From a virus, in the UHGV virus genome UHGV-0370399: a stretch of 64,000 nucleotides of DNA; one strand, given 5' to 3'. Below the pieces are notes generated by a model. The model saw only the letters and a program-made list of their open reading frames with translations. It was not told the origin of the DNA and ran no database searches. A program made the position numbers and the translations under genes. Of the stretch, positions 1 through 9,394 are shown one piece after another (the first letter of the stretch is position 1; the number at the start of each line of letters is the position of its first letter).

Positions 1-207
1 CGTAAAAAAGGCTATAAAGTTACTTCAAAGTTACGTAAAAAAGGCTATAAAGTTACTTCAAAGTTACGTAAAAAAGGCTATAAAGTTACGTAAAAAAGGC
101 TATAAAGTTACGTAAATGCTAGTCACTAAAAAGCATGTTATAGGGGCTATAAAGTTACTTCAAAGTTACGTAAAAAAGGCTATAAAGTTACGTAAATGCT
201 AGTCCCC
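1..207. repeat. Tandem direct repeats, 22-bp unit CGTAAAAAAGGCTATAAAGTTA (about 6 copies, some with an 11-bp CTTCAAAGTTA insertion); array starts at the window edge and may extend upstream
   Basis: Direct reading of bases 1-207; the unit contains the palindrome TTACGTAA at copy junctions. Confidence 0.9.
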
Positions 208-262
208 TTAACAAATTCTTAACAATCCCTTAACATCTTCTTAACAAATTCTTAACAATCCC
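205..262. repeat. CTTAACA heptamer repeats (5 copies; two copies of a 25-bp unit TTAACAAATTCTTAACAATCCC), reverse complement of the TGTTAAG iterons downstream
   Basis: Direct reading; orientation of the motif flips near 265 (CTTAACA before, TTGTTAG after). Confidence 0.8.
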
Positions 263-526
263 TACATAGTTATGCTTGTTAGCAACTTGTTAGTCCCTTG
301 TTAAATCTCTGTTAATACCATGTAAAAGCTTTGTAAGAGTCTTTGACATAGCCTTAAAAGCTCCTGTAAAGCCTTATAAATAGGTGTCTGTATAGTTGGG
401 GTGTAATTACTAGGAAGAGGTTTAAAAGAGCTTACAAGGAGCTATAGAGAGCTTTTAAAAGGGCTATTTAAAGAATCATTAAGAAAGAGAGGGAACGATA
501 AGAAAGAGATAGTGACCATGTTAATA

Positions 527-795
527 GCTTGTTAAAAAGATTAAACACTTGTTAGAAACTTGTTAATTATCTTAACAAGATAACTCTTAAAAATTAACTT
601 GTTAGCTCTTGTTAGTCATCTGTTAAGATTCTGTAAAGCCCATGTATCAACTGTTAAGAAACTGTTAAGCCCTTGTTAGTTCTGTTAAGAATCTGTTAAG
701 ACCTATGAAGAGTTGTTAAGAAGATGTGAGAGCTGTTAAGAGATTGTTAAGGATATTTTAAAATTTTGCAAAGTACTTGTAAGGGAGCTGTTAAG
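527..795. repeat. Dense iteron-like array of about 17 copies of (C/T)TGTTA(A/G) with 3-10 bp spacing; sporadic further copies at 950-1020, 1140-1165 and 1281-1295
   Basis: Direct reading; no ORF of 60 aa or more anywhere in 1-1400. Confidence 0.8.
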
Positions 796-1401
796 GGCTA
801 CCAAGCAGATATACATCTTCTACAGATATTTTTCAGTTCCTTCAAAGACCCTAAAAAATGACTTGATAGTCCTATTTTATAAAAATTTTAAGATTCTGAA
901 TAATTACCTATACAGTCTTTTAAAAATACAGGTAATAACAGGCTTATAAGATACCTTGTTAGTACCGTGTTAGACCTTGTGAGATAAGGTCTGTGAAGAT
1001 ATTCCTGTTAAGTTTGTTAAAACAGTTTATATAGAGGCTTAGTAGTACCTAGTGAACACCTATAGAGAGTGTCATAGCTTACCTAGAAATTAAGAGGTGT
1101 ATAGGAGCTTCTAAGAGGGTGTAGAGGGATGGTTAAGGTGATTGTATAGGTTGTTAAGAAGGCTTGTTAGAAGAGTGTTTAGATGGCTATTTAGAAGGGC
1201 TATACAGAGGGCTATTGAGACCACTAGATAGTTACTAAGATACTATATAGTACTATATAACTATATAGAGAGTAAGATTAAGAAGGTTGTTAAGAAGGAT
1301 AGATATTTTATTCACATATGATGGTGACCCAGAGGTTGGGACAACCGATAAAATTTTATAAAAATTAAAAAGCCCCCAATTAAGGAGGCTCTTAAGATAT
1401 T

Positions 1402-2025
1402 TTAAATCAGTGTTTCCAGAACTGTTTTCAATGATGACTTAGTTGTCTGGTAAAAATGAGTGAACCCATTATTGTTATCGAATATCTGCATCATGATATC
1501 ATCTCCCTTGATTGGGTACACTCGGATATCATAGTGAAACCCATTAAAGACAGCAGAACCATTACAGAACACACTAAAGTCAGCCACTGAGATATACTCT
1601 TCATGTCCTGTGATTTTTATACAAACACCTTTACTCGGTCTCTTAGGGTTGATATCTTCCATCACAGACATACTCTGTCCACCAAGAGATACCATAGTGA
1701 CCACTTTACGGTTCTTCTGTTTAAAGTACATCTTAACTTTCTGCAAAGTGTCTTCATAGAATGGATAAGACCTTTCTACAAAGATTCCTTCAAGTGGCTC
1801 TTTACCATTTTCAACTTCTCGGTTATGCCGTACTGCAAAGATAATTTGTTCGAACCAGTCAAGATTTTCTTCGGAGAGTGCTTCCCGAACATCCTTCCAG
1901 TCAAGTACTAAGTAGTTACCTTCAACTTCTTTTAAGTTATCTTTTTCCATATCTATCACACCATTATCGTAAAACTTGATATTCTGGTACTGCGAATTTA
2001 TTACTATTGTTCTTGATGAGGTCAT
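1402..2025 (-). CDS. hypothetical protein (true start may be an internal Met, since it overlaps the upstream gene by 62 bp)
   Basis: 207-aa ORF in a co-oriented gene array; no motif recognised. Confidence 0.5.
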   Translation of the reverse strand: MTSSRTIVINSQYQNIKFYDNGVIDMEKDNLKEVEGNYLVLDWKDVREALSEENLDWFEQIIFAVRHNREVENGKEPLEGIFVERSYPFYEDTLQKVKMYFKQKNRKVVTMVSLGGQSMSVMEDINPKRPSKGVCIKITGHEEYISVADFSVFCNGSAVFNGFHYDIRVYPIKGDDIMMQIFDNNNGFTHFYQTTKSSLKTVLETLI

Positions 2026-2428
2026 CCTCTGAAACTAAAAATGTAATACCACATAAGTGTCTGTAACGACTATCATACTCGAATATCTTAAACAGATATT
2101 TACCATCATGATAAACCTGTTGCACTTCACCTTCTGCAACAATCTCGCCTGTAATAAAATTTTTTAGTTTATACACATTACCAACTTTAGGTACTGTTTT
2201 CATCTCAGGCTCTTTTAGTGCTACACTTATTTTTGCATCACCGAGTAAATGAGAACTCTCAAAAGCTACGTGTTTCATATAAGCTTCTGAGCATTCCCAG
2301 ATAAAACAATGTACAAGAACCTTAGCAGCATGTCTTGAACAGTTTAACTTATCACAAATTTCTGTGTACATCTCATCTTTAGTCGAGTTGTCAAGCATTA
2401 CTCTTTGCACTATCTCTTTTACTTTCAT
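1964..2428 (-). CDS. hypothetical protein
   Basis: 154-aa ORF in minus-strand array. Confidence 0.5.
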   Translation of the reverse strand: MKVKEIVQRVMLDNSTKDEMYTEICDKLNCSRHAAKVLVHCFIWECSEAYMKHVAFESSHLLGDAKISVALKEPEMKTVPKVGNVYKLKNFITGEIVAEGEVQQVYHDGKYLFKIFEYDSRYRHLCGITFLVSEDDLIKNNSNKFAVPEYQVLR

Positions 2429-2846
2429 AAGCTCTCCGAATAACCCTATTAAACATCTCTAAAGTCAGCTTTCCAGATTCTAAATGTGGCATAACAAGCT
2501 TTAAAGCTTTTTCAACATCATGCACAACATCTATTATACCTTCTGCATAGGCTTCTACAAGGATATCTTTTACATTTTGTGATTTACCTTTTTGTGGTAT
2601 CACTAGACGCATATCAAACTCATTTGCTTGAGGATGGTTCTTACCACGCCAGAAACCGTCCTTATCAAAGCTTATAAAGTTATCCTCATTAAAATTAATA
2701 CCACAAACCTTAAACTTATCTAAAACTATGCAGTTGAGAGGGTAATCATCACTTGCATCATTCATTCCAAGAAACTTAACAGTAGCTATATACCTCTGTG
2801 TCTTTGAATCTACAATGTCAAGTTCTTTACCTATGTACTCTTTCAT
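2391..2846 (-). CDS. hypothetical protein
   Basis: 151-aa ORF in minus-strand array. Confidence 0.5.
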   Translation of the reverse strand: MKEYIGKELDIVDSKTQRYIATVKFLGMNDASDDYPLNCIVLDKFKVCGINFNEDNFISFDKDGFWRGKNHPQANEFDMRLVIPQKGKSQNVKDILVEAYAEGIIDVVHDVEKALKLVMPHLESGKLTLEMFNRVIRRAYESKRDSAKSNA

Positions 2847-2849
2847 CTC

Positions 2850-3122
2850 TTAAATCCTATCAATTTGAAACTCTTCAGGTAACTCAGCCACCACTTTTAA
2901 ATAGTAAGCATCAGAGATTGTATGCTTTGTCTCATAGCTACCATTCTTAATCCAGTTATAATTTTCTGGTATTCCATCATCATTACAAAAACCTGAGTAC
3001 ATAATTGCTCTGTGGATTATATTTTTATTAGAGTATGCAACATCTACAATATAGTATGTTTTTTCTTTCCAACCACCTTCAGGTTTACAAATACCTGAGA
3101 TACCCTCTAATTCTGGTGTCAT
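2850..3122 (-). CDS. hypothetical protein
   Basis: 90-aa ORF tightly packed with neighbours. Confidence 0.5.
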   Translation of the reverse strand: MTPELEGISGICKPEGGWKEKTYYIVDVAYSNKNIIHRAIMYSGFCNDDGIPENYNWIKNGSYETKHTISDAYYLKVVAELPEEFQIDRI

Positions 3123-3175
3123 TTCGCTACCTTCTAAGTTTCTACAAAGGGGCTATCAAGTAACCCCTCAAGTTA

Positions 3176-3400
3176 CTACTCAGACTTTTCAGTCTTCTTA
3201 TCGGATTTCTTACTAGTCTTCTTCTCAGCTTTCTGTTCAGGCTCCTTCTCAGAAGTTGCCTTAATAACCATATCAAGAAGCTCTGATAAGTCACTCTTCA
3301 GCAAAGTAACAGGCTGCTCGTTGTAGAAGTTTTTGTCAAGATAAACTTTGAACTCTTCTATAGAAGGAAATCCAAAAATTGGTACAGGTGTCTTAATCAT
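3176..3400 (-). CDS. hypothetical protein with Lys/Glu-rich C-terminus
   Basis: 74-aa ORF; C-terminal KKTSKKSDKKTEKSE tail. Confidence 0.45.
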   Translation of the reverse strand: MIKTPVPIFGFPSIEEFKVYLDKNFYNEQPVTLLKSDLSELLDMVIKATSEKEPEQKAEKKTSKKSDKKTEKSE

Positions 3401-3476
3401 TACTTAGTCTCTCCATAGGCATCTTTTAAGATTGCCTTGTTAATCATTTCAGCGATTGCAAAACGAACACATACAG

Positions 3477-4010
3477 CTATAATTGTAGGTTGCATTCTTT
3501 ACTTACCTCTTCAAGTTTAACTTCAGAGTCCTTAAGTCGTTTCTTATGAACTCTGAACCTCATTAGTGAGATGATGATACCAGCTAAAGGAACAACATAC
3601 AAGTACCAGACATCATGCAACTTTGCAGTAATCTGTGTAATGGTCAAGTCTTGAGCTATGTAGCTGATTGCTGATACAGCTAGTAATGTTGCTAAGAAGA
3701 ACACTAGTATCATAACAATATTTAGACAACCTCTGGCATGATATTCATGCTTAATGCACTTATTCTTCTCTTCAACAACCCTGTTGTAGTCATTTGTAAA
3801 GTCTCTGTAGAAAGCTTTCAAGTATTCTTGAGTGTAGCCTTCAAAGCAACCTGTACCGTACCAATAGTCACCACCAAAGTGTGCTATGATACCGGTATCC
3901 CCATTTGGTTTGGTTACTCTAAGAGAAGTATGATGACCAGTCTTCTGGTAATCTATTTTGTATCTTTCTTCGTAAATCATTTCCCAAACCCTCTCAATCG
4001 TTTGTTCCAC
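3477..4010 (-). CDS. membrane protein (soluble N-terminal domain, two C-terminal hydrophobic helices)
   Basis: 177-aa ORF; hydrophobic stretches LNIVMILVFFLATLLAVSAISYI and YLYVVPLAGIIISL. Confidence 0.5.
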   Translation of the reverse strand: MEQTIERVWEMIYEERYKIDYQKTGHHTSLRVTKPNGDTGIIAHFGGDYWYGTGCFEGYTQEYLKAFYRDFTNDYNRVVEEKNKCIKHEYHARGCLNIVMILVFFLATLLAVSAISYIAQDLTITQITAKLHDVWYLYVVPLAGIIISLMRFRVHKKRLKDSEVKLEEVSKECNLQL

Positions 4011-4195
4011 TCAAGGTCAACAAGCCTTTGCAGGACTTTCCCTCTAGGTGTTACACCTTTTAAATCTGCATCGTAGCAACGGTAAAAGTCACCTTCAGCG
4101 TGTTTACCATAGCATTTTCTGATATTCTGGCTCCTACGATACTGCTCTAACAGGGACAGTTTGTAGTAGTCTTCAACTGTAGTTAGTTTTTTCAT
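3977..4195 (-). CDS. hypothetical protein
   Basis: 72-aa ORF in array. Confidence 0.4.
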   Translation of the reverse strand: MKKLTTVEDYYKLSLLEQYRRSQNIRKCYGKHAEGDFYRCYDADLKGVTPRGKVLQRLVDLEWNKRLRGFGK

Positions 4196-4278
4196 TCTTT
4201 TACCATGTCTCTTATCTAGAAACTAAAAAGGGAACTACCTCTCGATAGCTCCCATCATAATCAGTGTTGTATACTCGG

Positions 4279-4860
4279 TCAAGAGTATTTTTTAGGCAGC
4301 AATGCACTGCGCTTGTTACTCTCTTCACTCAATAGTGCAATGAAATCATCACTTTTACCTTTCCACGGGCTGAATGAAGGGATATGTTCGCGGATAGCCT
4401 CAATCACTGTTTTAAGTGCTGTGTTCTTCATCCACCAATCAGAATCTGCTGATGCTACCACGTAGTATCCACCGTCATCAGTTAAAATTGGCTCTGAAAT
4501 ACATGGTGAAATCAAAGTGGTGATGATTGAACCGTTGTTCATGTAGTATGTGCGCTTCATAACCTTTTCAAGAAGCTTGTGAAGGTCACCAAACAGTGTT
4601 ACAAGTTCTTTGTGGTCGATGTCTTTTTCGAGGCTTGCTCGATACTTCAATAGTGCAGCATCAACCTCTCTGTCATTGAATTTGAAGTACTGGACTTCAT
4701 CAACAAGGCAAACACTGATATTGTTCACATTCATAGTCAACTTACAAACTTTTGCAGGAGAGTTGATGCTTGGTTGAAAAAGTGCAATACACCCTTCAAT
4801 ATTTCCAAAATGTTGTACCAGTGTTACTTGTGGAGTAATATTCTGTTGCTCTTCGGACAT
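4279..4860 (-). CDS. hypothetical protein
   Basis: 193-aa ORF; stop/start coupled with next gene. Confidence 0.5.
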   Translation of the reverse strand: MSEEQQNITPQVTLVQHFGNIEGCIALFQPSINSPAKVCKLTMNVNNISVCLVDEVQYFKFNDREVDAALLKYRASLEKDIDHKELVTLFGDLHKLLEKVMKRTYYMNNGSIITTLISPCISEPILTDDGGYYVVASADSDWWMKNTALKTVIEAIREHIPSFSPWKGKSDDFIALLSEESNKRSALLPKKYS

Positions 4861-5204
4861 TACAGTTTCCTCATTAAATACTTTTTAAGTTGTGTGTTAG
4901 GTTTCTCAAAAACTTCTATAGAAGATATCTTGACATATTCACCACGCATACCTGTATGTTTGAATATATAGTACTCTAACATCCCTATGTACTTTGCTGG
5001 TAAGTCATGCTTGACATATACCGTCACAGAATCTTCAAACTCAACAACCTTTGTACCATCTTTGTAGTTAAACTCTTTAGGATGGTTGTAGTTGTCTATA
5101 TCGTACATTAAGAAGAGTCTTTTACGTTGTAAGTCAAGCTTATTTGTTAAAGACTCTTTGATATCTAAGAAGTTTTTGTACACTGTGACATGGAGCTTAC
5201 TCAT
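4860..5204 (-). CDS. hypothetical protein
   Basis: 114-aa ORF. Confidence 0.5.
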   Translation of the reverse strand: MSKLHVTVYKNFLDIKESLTNKLDLQRKRLFLMYDIDNYNHPKEFNYKDGTKVVEFEDSVTVYVKHDLPAKYIGMLEYYIFKHTGMRGEYVKISSIEVFEKPNTQLKKYLMRKL

Positions 5205-5490
5205 CGTTAAACTCTCTGACGAAGAAATAGTTGACTTTGTTATTACCTACCATAAGGTCAAAGCAGGTATTCTCAAAAGGTTTGTTGTAGGCATCATATG
5301 AAGTGTACGTATCAGCTACTTGCTTAGTAGTGAGCTTTTTACTTGATGGATTTAAGAGGCCACCATACAGTTTCTTGATAGCCTCTTCTACAACAGACCA
5401 GATAATTTCGTCAGTAATTTCTTCGTACAGGTCAAGTTCACGCTCTAGTGAGAAGTCACAAATAGGGAAAACAACCTGTACTTTACTCAT
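5197..5490 (-). CDS. hypothetical protein
   Basis: 97-aa ORF. Confidence 0.5.
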   Translation of the reverse strand: MSKVQVVFPICDFSLERELDLYEEITDEIIWSVVEEAIKKLYGGLLNPSSKKLTTKQVADTYTSYDAYNKPFENTCFDLMVGNNKVNYFFVREFNDE

Positions 5491-5879
5491 TAACGAATCA
5501 CCTGTGAGACTTGAATTGCTTCAGTTACTGACAAGTCACCTACTTTCTCTTCTTTGATAAAAGTGAAGGTGAGTTCAACAGGCTCTTGCTCTTCTTGCTC
5601 AACTGGAATGCCATTAAGCTCATCGCGGATTGATTGAGTTGTCCAGTCTTCTCCACCATCTGGATAATGGATGGCGTAACGAGGAAACTCCATATCATAC
5701 CAGCCAAATACAGGACAACCATCTTCATCATCTCGCATTCTGCGAAGGGTGCTACCTGAGCCTGTAAAGCGAAGACTAATATTCCCATTACACTCAAAAA
5801 TCACTGCGTCGGCAAGTCCAGCATCTTCTCGACCATCATGTCCAAAAGTGTCAACTTTTACTTGAATCTCTTTATTCAT
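5490..5879 (-). CDS. hypothetical protein
   Basis: 129-aa ORF. Confidence 0.5.
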   Translation of the reverse strand: MNKEIQVKVDTFGHDGREDAGLADAVIFECNGNISLRFTGSGSTLRRMRDDEDGCPVFGWYDMEFPRYAIHYPDGGEDWTTQSIRDELNGIPVEQEEQEPVELTFTFIKEEKVGDLSVTEAIQVSQVIR

Positions 5880-6270
5880 AAAAACCTCTCTCTGCTTGTT
5901 CGATTTTTGCTCTTAAAACTTCACAACGTTCTATGTGATATCTGGCCTCATGCTCATGTGTTGCCAAAGTCCTTTCAAGAACTGTTTTATAGTAACTCGC
6001 AAGCTGCTCTCTTGTCAAGGGGTGTTCTGAAATAATATCAAGGCCACTTTCCCCTAGAGTATTAAACTGCCCGTGTTCATTTACATGGTAAGTCTCAAAC
6101 TTGAACAGGCCGTTGTTAGCAGATTCAATAGGTGAGAGTTCAGCCAACTCAACAGTGAACATTGTGTGTACCCTATCACCAATTGTAACAATGTTACTCC
6201 CAATGATTCTCACCATTGAGCCATTGCGAGTGTACTTAAAAGTCCCAACATCATCAGCCCAAAGTTTCAT
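5872..6270 (-). CDS. hypothetical protein
   Basis: 132-aa ORF. Confidence 0.5.
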   Translation of the reverse strand: MKLWADDVGTFKYTRNGSMVRIIGSNIVTIGDRVHTMFTVELAELSPIESANNGLFKFETYHVNEHGQFNTLGESGLDIISEHPLTREQLASYYKTVLERTLATHEHEARYHIERCEVLRAKIEQAERGFYE

Positions 6271-6283
6271 AGTTTTCTCCTTA

Positions 6284-6311
6284 GAAAATAAAAAAGGCTC
6301 CCGAAGGAGCC
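6284..6311 (-). terminator. Rho-independent terminator (GGCTCC-CGAA-GGAGCC hairpin followed by a U-run on the minus strand)
   Basis: Hairpin plus A-run on plus strand (AAAATAAAAAAGGCTCCCGAAGGAGCC) immediately downstream of the minus-strand endolysin gene. Confidence 0.65.
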
Positions 6312-6321
6312 TATGAAGATA

Positions 6322-6786
6322 TTACTTTGGATATACACTGTCAAGATAAATGTCAGCTTCCATTCTACGTCTGTTTTTCAGGCCGTTTGAGGTGACCTTC
6401 TTGCCTTTGACTGTAACCTTGTTCCACCATTGCATAGCTTCTGCACAACCGACCTTATTACCATCGTTGTGGCGCTTGATAAATGTAGAGTCCTGCATAG
6501 CTGTGATGCCAATGTTGTATGTTTCACTTACAAGTGCATCAAACTCGTTCTGAGAAGTTGGAACCTTGATGGCTTTGTTCACTGCTGCAACGAATTTTTC
6601 AACATCTGCAAGAAGATACTGTTCAGCTTGTTCAGCGGTAATCTTCATACCCATCTTAACAGGCTTCCCACCAATACGGATTGTCCCATACCCAATTGTG
6701 GGGATTCCAGCAGAATCTTCGTAAGCCTCCAGCTTAAGACCTTCAAAGAACTTAATAGCTTCTAAACCTTTCTGTGAGAGTTGCAT
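6322..6786 (-). CDS. endolysin, phage lysozyme (glycoside hydrolase family 24, lambda R / T4 e type)
   Basis: N-terminal motif GLKLEAYEDSAGIPTIGYGT typical of GH24 muramidases; 154 aa. Confidence 0.85.
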   Translation of the reverse strand: MQLSQKGLEAIKFFEGLKLEAYEDSAGIPTIGYGTIRIGGKPVKMGMKITAEQAEQYLLADVEKFVAAVNKAIKVPTSQNEFDALVSETYNIGITAMQDSTFIKRHNDGNKVGCAEAMQWWNKVTVKGKKVTSNGLKNRRRMEADIYLDSVYPK

Positions 6787-7919
6787 TATGCCCCTCCTAC
6801 TGGGTTAACTGTAACTGTTGCTGCATTAGACGTTACAGAGCCACCTGCACCAGTAACTACACAGGTGTAGCTTCCTGCATCAGCAGCGGTTGCACCTTCT
6901 TTGGTGTAAGTTGCACCAGTTGCATCGAGGATGTCTTCCTCACCTTTCTTCCACTGGTAACCTGTTGCACCTGTTGCCACAACATTCAGCGTTAAGGTCT
7001 CACCTTCAGTGATTTCTTGATTGGTTGGCTGTTGAGTGATTACCGGAAGTGCATTCACAGTTACTACAGCAGCATTAGATTCCACTGCACCACCTGCACC
7101 TGTTACAACGCAAGTGTATGAACCAGCATCTGCTGGCAGCGCACCGGACTTGCTATAGGTAGCATCTGTAGCTGAAGTGATGTCAGAGCCATCTTTCTTC
7201 CACTGATAACCTGTTGCACCTGTTGCAGCCACTACCAAGTTGATGTCTCCACCCTCATTGATAGTCTGACCAGAAGGTTGCTGTGTAATCACAGGCAGTG
7301 CGTTGACAGTAACTGTTGCCGCATCTGAGGTAACACTTGTCCCAGCCTCTCCAGACACAACACAAGTATAGGAACCAGCATCAGAAGGTACTACAGACTG
7401 TTTTGTGTAGGTTGCAGATGTGGCACTAGTGATATCCTCACCACCCTTTTTCCATTGATATCCAGTGGCATTAGTTGCAATAACACTTAGGGTAAGTGTG
7501 CCACCTTCATTTACTGTTTGGTTGGTTGGTTGCTGAGTGATTGATGGTGGCTTGATAGCATCCTTCAGCTTAGCATTCAGCATTGAGAATGGTTTAACTC
7601 TTGCCAGCCATTCACAATAAACTGTATCAACGTCTTTACCATTGATAATTGCATATTGTAAGTCCATGAAGAAGTCAGAAGTTCTCATTTGAGCACCAAC
7701 GCTGTAAAGCAACTCATCACTAAATGGGACTTTGTAGTCTGGTTTGTAGTCAAACTTCTCAACTTCTGCAATATCAGCTTCAGGCCAATATGAACTATAA
7801 GTAAGTGGTAAAATAGCCTCTTGATATGTTCTAAAATCATATCTCTTACCAGCCTTTACATTTGCAACGAAGCCCTTCACAAACTCTTTGAAGTCTGGGT
7901 AAGTCTTTGCTTTAATCAT
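6786..7919 (-). CDS. Ig-like domain protein: N-terminal about 120-aa domain plus three tandem Ig-like repeats of about 85 aa
   Basis: Three repeats each carrying QQP(T/S)xQT(V/I)NEGG...ATGYQWKK...DAGSYTCVV(S/T)G...VTVN (I-set-like G-x-Y-x-C signature); N-domain is paralogous to the adjacent 123-aa protein. Confidence 0.7.
   Translation of the reverse strand: MIKAKTYPDFKEFVKGFVANVKAGKRYDFRTYQEAILPLTYSSYWPEADIAEVEKFDYKPDYKVPFSDELLYSVGAQMRTSDFFMDLQYAIINGKDVDTVYCEWLARVKPFSMLNAKLKDAIKPPSITQQPTNQTVNEGGTLTLSVIATNATGYQWKKGGEDITSATSATYTKQSVVPSDAGSYTCVVSGEAGTSVTSDAATVTVNALPVITQQPSGQTINEGGDINLVVAATGATGYQWKKDGSDITSATDATYSKSGALPADAGSYTCVVTGAGGAVESNAAVVTVNALPVITQQPTNQEITEGETLTLNVVATGATGYQWKKGEEDILDATGATYTKEGATAADAGSYTCVVTGAGGSVTSNAATVTVNPVGGA
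6789..7541 (-). repeat. Three tandem about 255-bp coding repeats (Ig-like domains) inside the 6786-7919 gene
   Basis: Repeated DNA blocks around 6930-7060, 7190-7320 and 7441-7550 read directly. Confidence 0.75.
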
Positions 7920-8287
7920 TTCTTTTTAGCCTCTAAATGTGCGTTTAGTCTAAAATAACCTTTGTGATGCGGAGATACATCACCAACAACAATACCTTTA
8001 GCCTTATAACCTTTACCAATTACATACTGGATATCCATAAGGAATCTTCCAAGTCCAACGATATGGAACATTGGATATAATAGATTCTCAGAGTCTGGAA
8101 TATTGATTTCAGGTTTGTAGGTGCGTTGTTCGCTTGTTGGTGTAATATCTTCTTCAGGCCATTTACTGAGTCTCCATGTCAAAGGTGTTGGGATAACATC
8201 ATTAAGGTTGTACCTTTCACCATTTTGCACGGAATTGATATAGGATTGTAGGAAGCAATAAAAGTCTTTTGCACTCTTAGCTTTCAT
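7916..8287 (-). CDS. hypothetical protein, paralog of the N-terminal domain of the Ig-like protein
   Basis: Shared pattern M-x-KAK...DF...G-x-RY...WPE-DI...YKP...LLY...F-MD-QY-I..G between the two proteins. Confidence 0.55.
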   Translation of the reverse strand: MKAKSAKDFYCFLQSYINSVQNGERYNLNDVIPTPLTWRLSKWPEEDITPTSEQRTYKPEINIPDSENLLYPMFHIVGLGRFLMDIQYVIGKGYKAKGIVVGDVSPHHKGYFRLNAHLEAKKK

Positions 8288-8310
8288 TAAATATCCTTAT
8301 AAATAGTTAA

Positions 8311-8326
8311 AGGGGCATCAGCCCCT
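8311..8326 (-). terminator. Possible hairpin terminator (AGGGGC-ATCA-GCCCCT) between minus-strand genes
   Basis: Perfect 6-bp stem; weak U-run, so low confidence. Confidence 0.3.
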
Positions 8327-8334
8327 ATTCACAC

Positions 8335-8925
8335 TTAAGCTTTGGTCTTAAGTAGGTTCTTAAGTTTTTTAAGATTCATACTCTCATCAAACTTAAAACC
8401 AAATCCATTGACATAATCAATGAACTCGGATTTCTTACTGAGTGACAATGCGTAACTCATATCAAAGTTCTTACTTGTTTCTGCGTCTGGACTAGAGTTC
8501 ACATCAAATGAAATTTCTGTAGGCTCTTGCTTACTTTTTCTCATATTATCAACCAACAAACATGTATAGTTTGCTGGATAGAAGTTTACACTACCATCAA
8601 CGTAGCTGTACTTATTATTATGGATAAGGTTTGAAAATACCTTAAGGAATGTTTCTGAGTCGTGGCAAACAAGTTTGAATTGGCTGCTCTCTCCAAGCGC
8701 AACTAATGAGTACGGACTTTCACTATCAAAGTCATAATTTGGATTCGATGCCGTTACTGTTACACGCATCAAGTTATTAGCAATAGTCTTCTGTTTAAAA
8801 GAATTTTGAACATAGTGAAGACCTCTATCACACTGATTGACTAGCTCTTTAAGTAGGTCATTTGCATATGGCGAATTAATTGATACAGAGCCATCACTAT
8901 TGTAATTAAAACTTACTGTTAACAT
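8335..8925 (-). CDS. hypothetical protein
   Basis: 196-aa ORF. Confidence 0.5.
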   Translation of the reverse strand: MLTVSFNYNSDGSVSINSPYANDLLKELVNQCDRGLHYVQNSFKQKTIANNLMRVTVTASNPNYDFDSESPYSLVALGESSQFKLVCHDSETFLKVFSNLIHNNKYSYVDGSVNFYPANYTCLLVDNMRKSKQEPTEISFDVNSSPDAETSKNFDMSYALSLSKKSEFIDYVNGFGFKFDESMNLKKLKNLLKTKA

Positions 8926-9152
8926 TTTTCAGTTCTCCTGCGATTTATAATTTTGCTGCAATAGAGAAACGAAGTAAACTCACTGGAAGAAACCACTAAG
9001 TGTTGTTCACTAGATTGAGCCATTGCCCTGAAATACATTCCAGTCAAAGCATCATAGTGACTATTCTTTCCAATTGAGGTTATATAGCCATGACTCTTTG
9101 CAGTTTGATATAAATCTATAATATCTGCGATTTCTAATTGGGAACTACACAT
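8919..9152 (-). CDS. hypothetical protein
   Basis: 77-aa ORF. Confidence 0.35.
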   Translation of the reverse strand: MCSSQLEIADIIDLYQTAKSHGYITSIGKNSHYDALTGMYFRAMAQSSEQHLVVSSSEFTSFLYCSKIINRRRTEKC

Positions 9153-9316
9153 AGATAATCCTCTTGTCTTCTGTAATTTTGAAAGAACAGGTACAGACCA
9201 ATTTCAGAGGATGAATAGTAGATTAATTCTACCCTTTTTGATTCCTTACAGTGATTGGTATTCTTACCTTTCTTCGGTTTATTTGATTTTCTCATTAAGT
9301 CTCCTTTGTAGAACAA
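9134..9316 (-). CDS. hypothetical small basic protein
   Basis: 60-aa ORF, first gene of the minus-strand block. Confidence 0.3.
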   Translation of the reverse strand: MFYKGDLMRKSNKPKKGKNTNHCKESKRVELIYYSSSEIGLYLFFQNYRRQEDYLCVVPN

Positions 9317-9340
9317 GGCAGACCTACAGCTTTAAGTAAG

Positions 9341-9369
9341 ATGGTACAGTAATCCATACAACAAGTCAA
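9341..9369 (-). promoter_or_regulatory. Candidate sigma70-like promoter for the minus-strand block (-35 TTGACT, 17-bp spacer, -10 TACCAT on minus strand)
   Basis: Plus-strand AGTCAA at 9364-9369 and ATGGTA at 9341-9346 with 17-bp spacing. Confidence 0.35.
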
Positions 9370-9394
9370 GAACTATTGCAAGTTAAAAAAGTTG

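Noticed and set aside
1-207. Tandem 22-bp repeats as a possible CRISPR array
   Set aside because: Repeat units abut directly or are separated by the same 11-bp insert, with no unique spacers; the unit is too short and no cas genes are nearby
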